Positions 38,093 to 48,247 of a stretch of 64,000 nt of DNA are shown here, piece after piece. Both the position numbers and the translations under genes were made by a program. The first letter of the stretch is position 1; the number at the start of each line of letters is the position of its first letter. The DNA comes from Planctomycetota bacterium. GTDB taxonomy: Bacteria > Planctomycetota > B15-G4 > SIAN01. Location of the stretch: the NCBI GenBank assembly GCA_031409275.1, contig JANNXA010000050.1, forward strand, positions 64,001 to 128,000. The letters are read 5' to 3'. The notes beneath the pieces are model-generated. The model worked only from the letters and a program-made list of their open reading frames with translations. It did not search any database and was not told the origin of the DNA.

Positions 38093-39211
38093 TCACTTCG
38101 CGGTCGGGGTCCGCGATCGGAACGGACCCGACAAGGTGCGGGCGAGCATGCGGTGGAAAGCGTGCACTCCGACTTCGGCGAGCGGCGCATAACGGCCGCC
38201 GCGGTAGGCGCGTGAGGCGAGGCCGGCCTGCACCTGCAACGCGGCGCGCTCGTCCTCCAGCTCCACCTGGACCAGTCCGGATCCGGCGCCACGATCGTGC
38301 AGCTCCGGCCGCTCGACGAAGGCGTGGAAGCGGACGCGCGTTCGCGTCGGGCCGATCGGCTCGACGACGTTCAGCGACAGGCCCCACGGATAGAAGTTCA
38401 GCATCGTGGTCGGGAAGAGCCAGAAGTAGAGCGCGCCGATGCGGCTGCCATGTTCGGGATGGCCCGTCGGAAGCTCGAACGTCGGCTCGCCTTGCGCCGC
38501 GATCCCGACCTGCAACGTCGAATGGTCGAACTTCTCGTAGCGGTAGCTCTTCCAGTCGAGGCGCGCGGTGAGGCCAGGGTGGAGGAAGGGGATGTGCAGC
38601 CCCTCGAGGTAGTTCTCCACGTAGAGGCACCAGTTCGCCTCGAACTCGAAGGTGCGGTCGAGCGACGCGTCGCGCCGCCACGCCGCCGGTGCGAAGCTCG
38701 CGATGCGCGCCTCGACCGGCGCGATCACTTCGCGCCAGGACGCCTCGGGCTCGAGCGCGCCAAAGAGCAATCCGCGCCACTGCGCCACCTCGAAGCGCGG
38801 GAGCGCGTCGTCGGCATCGGGGAAGCCTTCAAGCAGCTCGAAACCGGGCGCGCTGAGGCAGCGACCATCGAGTTCGAAACGGCGACCGTGATAGGGACAG
38901 CGCAGCGGTCGCCCGCTGCCGGCGCACTCGACGACGAGGTGGGCGCGATGAGTGCAGGCGTTCGAGAGGAGGCGCAGCACCCCATCGTCCCCGCGCACCA
39001 ACACGACCGGCTCATCGACGCTGCCTGGCAGCAGCACGAGCGGCCGCGCCGACCCCGCCGCCTCGAGTCCTGACGCCGTGCCGAGGCAATGCCAGCCACG
39101 CCGCAGTGAAGTGCGCGCCAGCGTCGCCGCCCATCCCGGATCGCGGTAGAGGTCGGGCGAAGGCAGGCGCGCGCGCGTGATCTCGGGATCGATGTCGAGC
39201 TGCCACTTCAT
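38093..39211 (-). CDS. Rieske non-heme iron oxygenase alpha subunit (choline monooxygenase-like)
   Basis: CTH…CPYH Rieske ligands; ENYLEGLHIPFLH; EDE. Confidence 0.9.
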   Translation of the reverse strand: MKWQLDIDPEITRARLPSPDLYRDPGWAATLARTSLRRGWHCLGTASGLEAAGSARPLVLLPGSVDEPVVLVRGDDGVLRLLSNACTHRAHLVVECAGSGRPLRCPYHGRRFELDGRCLSAPGFELLEGFPDADDALPRFEVAQWRGLLFGALEPEASWREVIAPVEARIASFAPAAWRRDASLDRTFEFEANWCLYVENYLEGLHIPFLHPGLTARLDWKSYRYEKFDHSTLQVGIAAQGEPTFELPTGHPEHGSRIGALYFWLFPTTMLNFYPWGLSLNVVEPIGPTRTRVRFHAFVERPELHDRGAGSGLVQVELEDERAALQVQAGLASRAYRGGRYAPLAEVGVHAFHRMLARTLSGPFRSRTPTAK

Positions 39212-39765
39212 CGCTTGCCCCGCTTCTTCGCACCCTTGGGACTCTTGCTCGGCGCTGACGGCTTCGGTTTCGCCGCTGGAACAGCTGGCGGTGGCGCCGC
39301 CTCGACGGTCGGCTCCTCGCGCTCGTAGCCGAACCACTCCATCCAGTCGTCGACCTCGCGCTTCGAGAGCGCGCGCGTGCCGGGCGGCGCGCGCTGCGCC
39401 ACCGGCTTCAGCTTGCGCAGGAACGCCGCAACCCGCTCCGTGCGCACTCCGAAGAACGGGGCGCGGTCGAGCAGATCACGATCGTCGCTGACCAGCACGA
39501 CATCGGAGAGGTCGCGCGCATGGCGCAGCTTCTCGAGCAGCAGCAGGTCGGCGTTGCCGCCGTCGCGCGCGAACGCGACCTCGATGCGCCGCGGCACGCT
39601 CTGCTCGGCGCCGTGCACTCGCTCGCGCGCGTCGAAAGCGACGTAGGCGGCGCAACCCGTCGCCGCGAGGCGCGAGAGCAGCTCGGCACGCCGCTCGTGC
39701 AGCGGAGCGCCGACGCCGAGGCGGCCCGAGAGGATCACGTTGTAGCCGTCGACCCAGTAGCGCAT
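39208..39765 (-). CDS. NYN-domain (YacP/Rae1-like) ribonuclease
   Basis: VDGYNV, AFD, NAD, VSDDRD acidic tetrad. Confidence 0.82.
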   Translation of the reverse strand: MRYWVDGYNVILSGRLGVGAPLHERRAELLSRLAATGCAAYVAFDARERVHGAEQSVPRRIEVAFARDGGNADLLLLEKLRHARDLSDVVLVSDDRDLLDRAPFFGVRTERVAAFLRKLKPVAQRAPPGTRALSKREVDDWMEWFGYEREEPTVEAAPPPAVPAAKPKPSAPSKSPKGAKKRGKR

Positions 39766-39837
39766 CGTCGCCTCGCGCGCCGCGAAACAGCGGCGAGTCT
39801 ATGCTCGCCCGCCCTTCACCGCCCGCGAGGCTTTGCG

Positions 39838-40761
39838 ATGGCCGCGTCCGCCGCTCCCGAGATCGTGCTGCTCACGGACGAGCGGCTGATCGCCGCCCCG
39901 CCCGGCAACGCCTACAACGCGCAGGTCCACCACGAGGAGCGATTCCTCGCCGGCGCCTTCGAACGGCTGGGATTCACGGTGGCTCGCGTGGCGTGGTCCG
40001 ACCCCGCCTTCGACTGGACGCGGCCGCGCGCGGCGCTCTTCCGCTCGACGTGGGACTACTTCGAGCGGCCCGCCGAATGCGCCGCGTGGCTCGACCGCGT
40101 CGCGCCGATCACGCGGCTCTTCAACGAGCCGGCGCTGGTGCGCTGGAACTTCGACAAGCGCTACCTGCTCGAGTTGGCCACGCGCGGCGTCGCCATCGTG
40201 CCGACCGAGCGGATCGAGCGGGGCGCTGCGCTCGAACTCGCGCGCCGCGTGGCCGCCGGACCGCGCGAAGGGCTCGTCGTCAAACCGGCGGTTTCGGGCG
40301 CCGCGCGCGAGACGTGGCGCGTCGATGCCGCGAACCTCGCGCAGCGCGCGCCGCACCTCGACGCGCTGCTGCGGCAGGAGGCGCTGCTGGTGCAGCCGTT
40401 CGAGCCGGCCATCGCGACGCGCGGCGAGTTCTCCTTCATCGTCATCGCCGGTCGCTGTCGCCACGCCGTGCGCAAGGTCCCGAAGCGCGGCGACTTCCGC
40501 GTCCAGGACGACCACGGCGGCACCGTGCAGCCGCATGAGCCGAGCCACGCCGAGGTCACCTTCGCCGAGCACGCGGCCGCCGCCGCGCCCTACCCGCCGC
40601 TCTACGCACGCGTCGACGCCGTCGAAAGCGCCGCCGGCCTGCGCTTGATGGAGCTCGAGGTGATCGAGCCCGAGCTCTTCTTCCGCTTCCGCCCGCAAAC
40701 GGCCGAAGAGCTGGCGGCGGCGTGCGCGGGGCGGGCGACAGGCGGCCACTCGAAGAGCTGA
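39838..40761 (+). CDS. ATP-grasp ligase (RimK/GshB/DcsG-like)
   Basis: RSTWDY, WNFDKRYL, VVKPAVSG, GDFRVQDDHGG, YARVD, LMELEVIEP. Confidence 0.85.
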   Translation: MAASAAPEIVLLTDERLIAAPPGNAYNAQVHHEERFLAGAFERLGFTVARVAWSDPAFDWTRPRAALFRSTWDYFERPAECAAWLDRVAPITRLFNEPALVRWNFDKRYLLELATRGVAIVPTERIERGAALELARRVAAGPREGLVVKPAVSGAARETWRVDAANLAQRAPHLDALLRQEALLVQPFEPAIATRGEFSFIVIAGRCRHAVRKVPKRGDFRVQDDHGGTVQPHEPSHAEVTFAEHAAAAAPYPPLYARVDAVESAAGLRLMELEVIEPELFFRFRPQTAEELAAACAGRATGGHSKS

Positions 40762-40833
40762 AGTCCGCGCCGCCGCGATCTCGCAGGCGCTGCTCCTGCT
40801 CCTCTTCATCGCCTTCAGCGCGGACCGCCTCGC

Positions 40834-41556
40834 TCAGCGGCGGCGGAACTCGAGGAAGTAGTTCTCGGCGAGGAAGGTCTCGCGACGCAGGAGCTCGAAG
40901 CCGGCGGCCTCGATCTCGGCGCGGAAGGTCGCCTCGTCGGCGCGCACGTGGCCGAGGATGAAGGCGCTCGAGACGCCCGGGATCTTGTGGAAGTCGATCA
41001 CGACGAGGCGACCGCCGGGCACCAGCGCGGCGTGGATCGACGCGAGCGTTTCCGACGGATGCTCGAAGTGGTGGTAGGTATCGCAGACGAAGACGACGTC
41101 GACGCTGGCCGACGGCAGCCGAGTCGAGCGGTCGTCGCAGAGGAGCACGTCGACGTTGGGCGTGGCGTCGAAGAGCGCGCGCTGGCGCAATTGCTGGATG
41201 AAGAGCGGCGCGAAGTCGACCGCGATCACGCGGCCCGCGGGGCCGACGGCGCGTGCGAAGTAGGGCTCGAAGAGGCCGGTCCCGGCGCCGACGTCCGCCA
41301 CGCGGTCGCCGAACCGCAAGCGCACCGCATCGGCGATCTCCACTCGACGCGCGTAGATCTCGCGGCTCTCGCGTTCGAACTTGGCGACGAAGGAGTCGAC
41401 CTCCGTCATCGCACGGAACTGCTGGTTGATGGCAGCGACGTCGACCTGCGCCGGAGCGGCGATCGGGGCAGCGATCACGGCCGCCGCCGTGGACGGTTCG
41501 TTGGCGCGGCACGCCGCGAGCGCCGTGATCGCCAGGAGCGCGAGGAGGCGCTTCAC
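40834..41556 (-). CDS. Class I SAM-dependent methyltransferase with lipoprotein signal
   Basis: GTG start overlapping the upstream stop; lipobox ALAAC; VADVGAGTG, DTYHHF, PGGRL. Confidence 0.85.
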   Translation of the reverse strand: MKRLLALLAITALAACRANEPSTAAAVIAAPIAAPAQVDVAAINQQFRAMTEVDSFVAKFERESREIYARRVEIADAVRLRFGDRVADVGAGTGLFEPYFARAVGPAGRVIAVDFAPLFIQQLRQRALFDATPNVDVLLCDDRSTRLPSASVDVVFVCDTYHHFEHPSETLASIHAALVPGGRLVVIDFHKIPGVSSAFILGHVRADEATFRAEIEAAGFELLRRETFLAENYFLEFRRR

Positions 41557-42554
41557 TTCGAACCCCGGACGCCCGCCAGGAACGCCCGCTTCACGAAGAC
41601 GGGCACCATGGCGCGGCGCCATTGCGGATCGCCGTCGATGTTGGTGAGCGGCACCACGACTTTCTGGGCGTGCTGACCGGCAGCGATCAACGCCGCGAGG
41701 TCGTCGGGTTTGCGCCCGCGCAACAGCTCGCCGATGCCGGCGATGGTGCGCGGCGTCGCTGCGATCGCGCTGACGACCAGCGTCGCATCGGCGACGGTGC
41801 CGTCGTTCTGCGTCGTCCACGCCGCCGCCACCGAGAGGCGCGGGAAGTCGATCGACGCGCGCGGCCGAAGCTTGGCGTAACCCGACCACGTCCCCCCAGG
41901 CGCCGGCGCCGGCACCGTGATGCGTGTCAGCAACTCGTCGGGCGCGAGGCGCAGGTTCATGACGCCGTCGGGCTTGTAGAAGTCGGCGATGGCGACCTCG
42001 CGCGTCGCTTTCGAACTGCGGATGGTGAGGCGCGCTCCCAGCGCGACCAGCATCGTCGCCGTGTCGTTGCTGGCGGCTGCGACGCAGCTCTTGCCGCCCT
42101 TCACGACGTGGCAGACGGTGCCATCCTTCTTCAGGCAGAAACCGAGGCTCTGGCGCCAGAAGTGGCTCTGGTTGATCCAGACGCAGCGAGTGTCGAGACA
42201 GACATTGCCGCCCAGCGTCCCCATCGTGCGTTGCGTCGGGCCGGCCACGGACGCTGCTGCCCGCGCCAGTCCAGGTGCGTGCGCGGCCACCAGCGGATGG
42301 CGCTCGACCTCTTCGAGCGTCGTCATCGCGCCGAGCTCGAGCTCGCCGGCGGCGTTTCGCGCGATGCCGCGCAGCTCGCCGAGATCGGAGAGCGCGATCA
42401 CGACCTCCGGCTCGTAGAGGCCGTGCTTCAGGTTCGGCATCACGTCGGTGCCGCCCGCGATCACCTTGGCCTTCGCTCCGTGCTGCGCGAGCAGCGCCAA
42501 TGCCGCGTCGACGCTGGCCGGCTTCGCGAAGGCGAATGGTTCGAGTCGCAGCAT
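41553..42554 (-). CDS. FAD/[4Fe-4S] subunit, 4-hydroxybenzoyl-CoA reductase beta (HcrB)-like
   Basis: AGGTD; insertion DTRC..INQS.FWR…CLKKDGTVCHV…C; R.SIDFP. Confidence 0.85.
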   Translation of the reverse strand: MLRLEPFAFAKPASVDAALALLAQHGAKAKVIAGGTDVMPNLKHGLYEPEVVIALSDLGELRGIARNAAGELELGAMTTLEEVERHPLVAAHAPGLARAAASVAGPTQRTMGTLGGNVCLDTRCVWINQSHFWRQSLGFCLKKDGTVCHVVKGGKSCVAAASNDTATMLVALGARLTIRSSKATREVAIADFYKPDGVMNLRLAPDELLTRITVPAPAPGGTWSGYAKLRPRASIDFPRLSVAAAWTTQNDGTVADATLVVSAIAATPRTIAGIGELLRGRKPDDLAALIAAGQHAQKVVVPLTNIDGDPQWRRAMVPVFVKRAFLAGVRGSK

Positions 42555-44953
42555 CAGCGCTTCCCTCCGCGCGCGGCCGCATCGGCCGCCTCCTTGGCCT
42601 GCAGCGCGGCGAGCACCTTGCCGGGCGTGAAGGGCAGCTTGGTCAGCCAGATGCCGCAGGCGTCGTGGATCGCGTTGGCGATCGCCGGGATGGTCGGATG
42701 GAGCGGCCCCTCGCCCGCTTCCTTCGCGCCGTAGGGTCCTTCGGGATCGAGCGACTCGACGATCGACGCGTGGAACTCCGGGCAGTCGAGCGACGTCGGG
42801 ATCGTGTAGTCGAGCAGGTTCGGGCGGGTGGTGAGGCCGAAGCGATTCACCGCGTGGCTCTCGAGGAAGACCTCGCCGAAGCCCATGTAGGCACTGCCTT
42901 CGATCTGCCCCTCGACCAGCACCGGCGCCAGCGCGCGGCCGCAATCGTGCGACGTCCAGACGTGCGGCACCTTGACCTCGCCGGTCTCGAGGTCGACGTC
43001 GACTTCGGCGACGCAAGCGGTGAACGAGTAGGCAGGCGACGCGCCGATGGTGCCGCCGCGGTAGTCGCCGCCGAGATTCGGCGTGTTGTAGGAACCGGTC
43101 GCGCCGAGCGTCTCGAAGCGCGCCTCGGCGAGATGGAACGCCTTCACGCTCGGCAGCACGCGCGCGCGATCGTTCAGGTCGAAGACGAAACCGCCGGCCA
43201 GCGCGACCTGCTCGGGCGGCACGTCCCATTCCGCGGCGACCGCCTGCTGCACCTGCTTGCGCAGCTTCCTCGCCGCGTGGATCGCCGCGTTGCCCACCAT
43301 GAAGGTGATGCGCGAGCTGTAGGCGCCGAGGTCGACCGGGCAGAGGTCGCTGTCGGCGGCGACGACGCGCACGTCCTCGACGCGCAGGCCGAGCTCCTCG
43401 GCGACGATGTAGGCCACCACCGAGTTGCTGCCCTGCCCGATGTCGCTGGCGCCGCTGAAGACGGTGACGAGGCCGCTGCGATCGACCTTCAGCTGGATGC
43501 CGGCCTGCGGCATGTCGTTGGGGTAGACGCAGTAGTTGGTGCCGCTGATGTACATCGAGCCGGCGCAGCCAAGCCCCTTGCCGCGACCGAGCTTGCTTCG
43601 GCGCGCCTTCCAGCCGCTGGCCGCCTCGACCTGATCGAGGCATTGATCGAAGCCGTTGCTGGTGACGCGCTGGCCGTTCACCGTCGTCGTGTAGGCGCCC
43701 TGGAAATTGCGCCGGCGCACCTCGATCGGATCGAGCCCGGCCTGGTGCGCCAGGCGGTCGAGTTGCACTTCGAGCGCGAAGCGCGGCTGCACGGAGCCGT
43801 GGCCGCGCTTGGGGCCGCACGGCGGCTTGTTGGTGAAGACGCGCGTCGAATGGAAGCGGTAGTTGGGCAGGTCGTGCGGGCCGGTCAGCAACTGGCCGGA
43901 GTAATAGGTGGTGACCAACCCGAAGCTCGAGTAGGCGCCGCCGTCGATCAGGATCTCGCTGTCGACCGCCGTGAGGCGCCCGTCGCGCGTCATGCCGGTC
44001 TTGAAGTGCATCTGCATCGGGTGGCGGCCGCGATGCGCGTAGAACTCCTCCTCGCGCGAGTAGAGGAACTTCACCGGACGGCGCGTCTTCATGGCCAGCT
44101 TGGCCGCGCAGAACTCGAGGCTGAACGGGTCGCTCTTGCCGCCGAACGCGCCGCCGAGGTGCGGCTGGATCACGCGAATCTGCGGCGCCGGCAAGTCGAG
44201 CACGCGCGCGAGTTCCCGATGGACGTAGTGCGGGATCTGCGTCGCCGACCAGAGCGTCAACACCCCATCGGAGCCGTAACGCGCCAACGCGACGTGCGTC
44301 TCGATCGGCGCGTGCGCGGTGCCGTGGAACTCGTAGTCATCCTCGACCACGAAGTCCGACTTCGCCATCGCGCCGTCCGGGTCGCCGAACTCGAGCAGCA
44401 CTTCCTTGGTGATGTTGCCGTGCTTGTTGCCCTCGTGGATCGCGATGTCCTTCCTCGCGAGCGCTTCGGCGGGGTCGAAGAGCGGGGTGAGCAGTTCGTA
44501 GTCGACCTCGATGATGCGCAACGCCGCCTGCGCGGTCTCCTCATCGACGGCGGCAACGGCGGCCACCGGATCGCCGATGAAGCGCACCTTGTCGACGGCG
44601 AGCGCCGTCTCGTCCTGCGTCCATGGGATGACGCCGAACTTGACCGGCATCTCCGCGCCGGTCACGACACCGAAGACGCCCGGCAGTGCCTCGGCCTTCG
44701 AGGTGTCGATCCGCTTGATCCGTGCGTGCGGATGGGGACTTCGCAGCGTTTTTCCGTGCAGCATCCCGGGCAGCGCGAGGTCGTCGGTGTAGAGCGCTTC
44801 GCCGGTCGCTTTGCCGGCGGCGTCGACCTTCCTCATCCGCTTGCCGATCACCTCGAAACGGGCGCCGGGCGGTTGCGGCCCGAACGTGCGATTGGGCGAG
44901 CGGACGTGCTGCAGCGGATCGGCACGATCGACGGGGAGCTTGCCGGCGCTCAT
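42554..44953 (-). CDS. Molybdopterin subunit, 4-hydroxybenzoyl-CoA reductase alpha (HcrA)-like
   Basis: GGAFGGK, KRGHG, DIGQG, YSSR, GQIEG, GAKEAGEG. Confidence 0.82.
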   Translation of the reverse strand: MSAGKLPVDRADPLQHVRSPNRTFGPQPPGARFEVIGKRMRKVDAAGKATGEALYTDDLALPGMLHGKTLRSPHPHARIKRIDTSKAEALPGVFGVVTGAEMPVKFGVIPWTQDETALAVDKVRFIGDPVAAVAAVDEETAQAALRIIEVDYELLTPLFDPAEALARKDIAIHEGNKHGNITKEVLLEFGDPDGAMAKSDFVVEDDYEFHGTAHAPIETHVALARYGSDGVLTLWSATQIPHYVHRELARVLDLPAPQIRVIQPHLGGAFGGKSDPFSLEFCAAKLAMKTRRPVKFLYSREEEFYAHRGRHPMQMHFKTGMTRDGRLTAVDSEILIDGGAYSSFGLVTTYYSGQLLTGPHDLPNYRFHSTRVFTNKPPCGPKRGHGSVQPRFALEVQLDRLAHQAGLDPIEVRRRNFQGAYTTTVNGQRVTSNGFDQCLDQVEAASGWKARRSKLGRGKGLGCAGSMYISGTNYCVYPNDMPQAGIQLKVDRSGLVTVFSGASDIGQGSNSVVAYIVAEELGLRVEDVRVVAADSDLCPVDLGAYSSRITFMVGNAAIHAARKLRKQVQQAVAAEWDVPPEQVALAGGFVFDLNDRARVLPSVKAFHLAEARFETLGATGSYNTPNLGGDYRGGTIGASPAYSFTACVAEVDVDLETGEVKVPHVWTSHDCGRALAPVLVEGQIEGSAYMGFGEVFLESHAVNRFGLTTRPNLLDYTIPTSLDCPEFHASIVESLDPEGPYGAKEAGEGPLHPTIPAIANAIHDACGIWLTKLPFTPGKVLAALQAKEAADAAARGGKR

Positions 44954-45471
44954 CGTCCGCCCCCGACCAGCGTCGCCGGCAACCCGAGATGGGCCGCCTT
45001 GCCGGCGCGCACCGCCTGCTCGACCGCCTCGAAAATCTTCGTGTAGCCGGTGCAGCGGCAGAGGTTCGAGGCGAGCGCTTCCTTGATCTCCGCGCGGGTC
45101 GCCTCGGGCTTCGCGTCGAGGCAGGCGCGCGCGGCGAGGATCATCCCGGGCTGGCAGAAGCCGCATTGGAGCGCGCCGGCCTCATCGAACGTCCGCTGCA
45201 GCAGGTCGAGTCCGTCCTTGGTGACGAGCCCTTCGATGGTGGTGATCGCGTGGCCGACCGCGTCGCCGACCAACGTGATGCAGGAGAGGCGCGCGCGGCC
45301 GTCGAGCAGCAGCGTGCAGGCGCCGCAGTCGCCCTTGTCGCAGCCCTGCTTGGTGCCGGTGAGGCCCAAGCGGTAGCGCAACACCTCGAGCAGCGTCCAG
45401 TGCGACGGCGCGGCGACGTCGACATCGCCGCCGTTCACGCGCAGGCGCAGGATCTTGGTTTCGGCGGTCAT
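44950..45471 (-). CDS. 2x[2Fe-2S] subunit, HcrC-like (no Tat signal)
   Basis: KQGCDKGDCGAC…C; QCGFCQPG; NLCRCTGY. Confidence 0.9.
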   Translation of the reverse strand: MTAETKILRLRVNGGDVDVAAPSHWTLLEVLRYRLGLTGTKQGCDKGDCGACTLLLDGRARLSCITLVGDAVGHAITTIEGLVTKDGLDLLQRTFDEAGALQCGFCQPGMILAARACLDAKPEATRAEIKEALASNLCRCTGYTKIFEAVEQAVRAGKAAHLGLPATLVGGGR

Positions 45472-45782
45472 CCGCGTCGGTGGTTCCGGCAAGGCGCGCA
45501 CCGGTTTGGCGCGGCGCAGGAGGCGCGGATGTTAGCCCGCGACCGGGCGCTGCTGTGCCGTCGCGACCGCCGACACCGTTCCGACCGCGACGGCGGCGGC
45601 TAGGCTGCAGCGGCGAACCATCGCCCGCGCGCCGCGCGAGCTCGTCCTCGTGGAGCAAACTCGTCGTGGACCGTGCCCTGCGCTTCGCCCCGTGGGCCCC
45701 AAGAGCGCCTGACAGAATGGACGCTTCGCACCGAGGCCGAGCGAGGGCGTCTCGGGCGAGCAGACCGAAGCAGGCGACTCCG

Positions 45783-47579
45783 ATGGAGTCGCCGATGGAG
45801 GTCGACGCAGTCCAAGGCGGCCGCAGCCGGCCGAATGCAGCGAACCTTCTGTTAGGCGCTCTGACGACTCTGACCTCGCCTTTCGCGCTGCCCGCTCCGG
45901 CACAGACACCGCCCCCTGCCGCCGCGACGGCGCCGTGGCGCTTCACCGACGTCGCGATCGGGTCGGGCCTCGACGCCTTTCGCCACACGTTCGGCGACGA
46001 CGCCTTCAGCAAGATCATCGAAGACACCGGTTCCGGCGTGGCGTTGATCGACTACGACGGCGATGGCTGGCTCGACGTGCACTTGTCGAGTGGGCAGTGG
46101 ATCGAGGGCTTCTCCGACCCGGCGTGGCGGGAACGAGCGGCCGGTGGCCGCAGCCGCCTCTATCGCAACCTCGGCGGGATGAAGTTCGCCGAAGTCACCG
46201 ATTCGGTCGGGATCACCGAGCGTGGCTTCGGGATGGGCGCGGTGGTCGGCGACTACGACGGCGATGGTGACGAGGACCTCTACGTCCTGAACCGTGGCGC
46301 AAACGTCCTCTATCGCAACGACGCGTCCGCGAACGGCGCGCGCCACTTCACCGACGTCACTGCTGAAGCGGGCGTCGCCGGCCCGCTCCTGCTGAACGGC
46401 CAGCTGAAGTGGAGCGTGAACGGCTGCTTCTTCGACGCCGATGGTGACCTCGACCTCGATCTCTACGTGACCAACTACCTCGCCTTCGACCCCGCCTTCA
46501 AGGATCCGCGCCTGCCCAAGGAGTACCCCTACGAGGGACCGGAGTCCTATGCCGGTCAGCAGTCGCTCCTCTACCGCAACGACGGCGGCGGCAAGTTCAC
46601 GGACGTCACCCACGCGGCCGGACTCGACCATCCCGACGGCCGCTCGATGGGCGCCGTGGCATGCGATTTCGACGGCGACGGCGATCTCGACCTCTTCGAG
46701 GCGATCGACTCGCGGCCCGACGCGCTGTGGATCAACGACGGCAAAGGCCGCTTCGCCGAGCACGGGGTGCAGGCCGGCATCGCATTCGACGGCAATGGCG
46801 CCCCGATGGCCTCGATGCACGGCTCGGTCGGCGACTTCGACGGCGATGGCCGTTTCGATCTCTTCGTGCCGGCGCTCTTCACCAGCGCGTTGTTCCGAAA
46901 CCTCGGTGTGCGCGATGCGGACTCGCCGCTCGGTCGCGTCGTTCATTTCGAGGAGTGTGCCGCGCGATCGGGCGTGCTGCCGGCACTGCTCGGCAAGGGG
47001 TCGTGGGGTTCGGGCATCGAGGACTTCGACCTCGACGGCGACGTCGACCTCCTGGTGGTGATGGGCGGCGCCTTCGACCTGAAGGCGGCCGATCCCGATC
47101 GGCTCTTCCGCAACGAGGGTGACTTCGCGTTCCGCGACGTGTCGGCCGCGCTCGGACCCGATTTCGGTGCCGGCCGCGTGAGCCGCGGCGCCGCGTTCGG
47201 CGACCTCGACCACGACGGCGACGTCGACTACATCGTGAACGTGAAGGATGTCGGCGCGCCACCGCGATTGCTGCGCAACGACCTGCCGCGTGGCCCGTCA
47301 GGGCCCCACCACCTCAGCGTGCACCTCGTCGGCGCCGGCATGAACCGCGACGCGATCGGCGCGCGTGTCACGTTGCGCGCGAACGGCCGAACGCAGGTGC
47401 GTTCCGTGACCCGATCCAATTCCTACCTTTCGCAGTGCGATCCGCGGCTGCACTTCGGACTCGGCTCGATCCGCACGATCGACGCCCTCGAAGTGCGCTG
47501 GCCGTCCGGTCGCACGCAGATCGTGAAGGTCGAAGCGGTCGATTCGCCGCTCGAAGTCCGCGAGGAGTCCACGAAGTGA
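45783..47579 (+). CDS. CRTAC1-family protein (FG-GAP/VCBS repeats plus ASPIC/UnbV domain)
   Basis: Repeated DYDGDG.D motifs, LYRN.G, NRDAIGARV, SYLSQ…LHFGLG…VRWPSG; start uncertain. Confidence 0.88.
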   Translation: MESPMEVDAVQGGRSRPNAANLLLGALTTLTSPFALPAPAQTPPPAAATAPWRFTDVAIGSGLDAFRHTFGDDAFSKIIEDTGSGVALIDYDGDGWLDVHLSSGQWIEGFSDPAWRERAAGGRSRLYRNLGGMKFAEVTDSVGITERGFGMGAVVGDYDGDGDEDLYVLNRGANVLYRNDASANGARHFTDVTAEAGVAGPLLLNGQLKWSVNGCFFDADGDLDLDLYVTNYLAFDPAFKDPRLPKEYPYEGPESYAGQQSLLYRNDGGGKFTDVTHAAGLDHPDGRSMGAVACDFDGDGDLDLFEAIDSRPDALWINDGKGRFAEHGVQAGIAFDGNGAPMASMHGSVGDFDGDGRFDLFVPALFTSALFRNLGVRDADSPLGRVVHFEECAARSGVLPALLGKGSWGSGIEDFDLDGDVDLLVVMGGAFDLKAADPDRLFRNEGDFAFRDVSAALGPDFGAGRVSRGAAFGDLDHDGDVDYIVNVKDVGAPPRLLRNDLPRGPSGPHHLSVHLVGAGMNRDAIGARVTLRANGRTQVRSVTRSNSYLSQCDPRLHFGLGSIRTIDALEVRWPSGRTQIVKVEAVDSPLEVREESTK

Positions 47580-48049
47580 ACGCTCCCAGCCCCGCGCCCG
47601 AGGTGGCCATCCGCCCCGCGCGCCTCGACGACGCCGCCGCCATCGTCGAGTTCAACCACCGCCTCGCCCTCGAATCGGAGAACAAGGCGCTCGACCACGA
47701 GACGCTCACGAAAGGGGTCGACGCGGCGCTGCGTGACCCGCGACTGGCGCGCTACTTCGTCGCCGTCGCGGGCGAGAAGCAGGTCGGCCAGATCATGATC
47801 ACGGAGGAGTGGAGCGATTGGCGCAACGGCCTGATCTGGTGGCTGCAGAGCGTCTACGTCCACGCCGAGTGGCGCGGGCGCGGCGTCTTCCGCCTCCTGT
47901 TGAACAAGGTGGTCGCGCAGGGCAAGGCGGCCGGCGTCATCGGCCTGCGCCTCTACGTCGAGCATCACAACAGCCGCGCTCAGGAGACCTATCGCCGCAG
48001 CGGATTCGCCGACGCTGGCTACCAGGTGATGGAACGGCTGCCGCTGTGA
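47576..48049 (+). CDS. GNAT N-acetyltransferase
   Basis: EWSDWRNG..WWLQSVYV…RGRGVF…LRLYVE..N..AQ.TY…GF. Confidence 0.88.
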   Translation: MNAPSPAPEVAIRPARLDDAAAIVEFNHRLALESENKALDHETLTKGVDAALRDPRLARYFVAVAGEKQVGQIMITEEWSDWRNGLIWWLQSVYVHAEWRGRGVFRLLLNKVVAQGKAAGVIGLRLYVEHHNSRAQETYRRSGFADAGYQVMERLPL

Positions 48050-48247
48050 GGCGGTCCGGGGGCACAGGTCGGCCCCCGCCACGGACGATGAAGCTTCGCG
48101 CCTGCCTCCCCGGCGATCCGCCGGCGGCGACGTGACTCGACCGACCGCCCCGCAACGCCCCTCCTCCGAAAAGCGCCCGCCATCGAAACGACGCCCCTGA
48201 ACGCCCCAACCGCTGCCGCCGACGCCCGCTCCGAAGGGTCGCCGCCG

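Noticed and set aside
39208..39765. NYN nuclease as a toxin or defence system
   Set aside because: No antitoxin or defence partners adjacent; resembles housekeeping YacP
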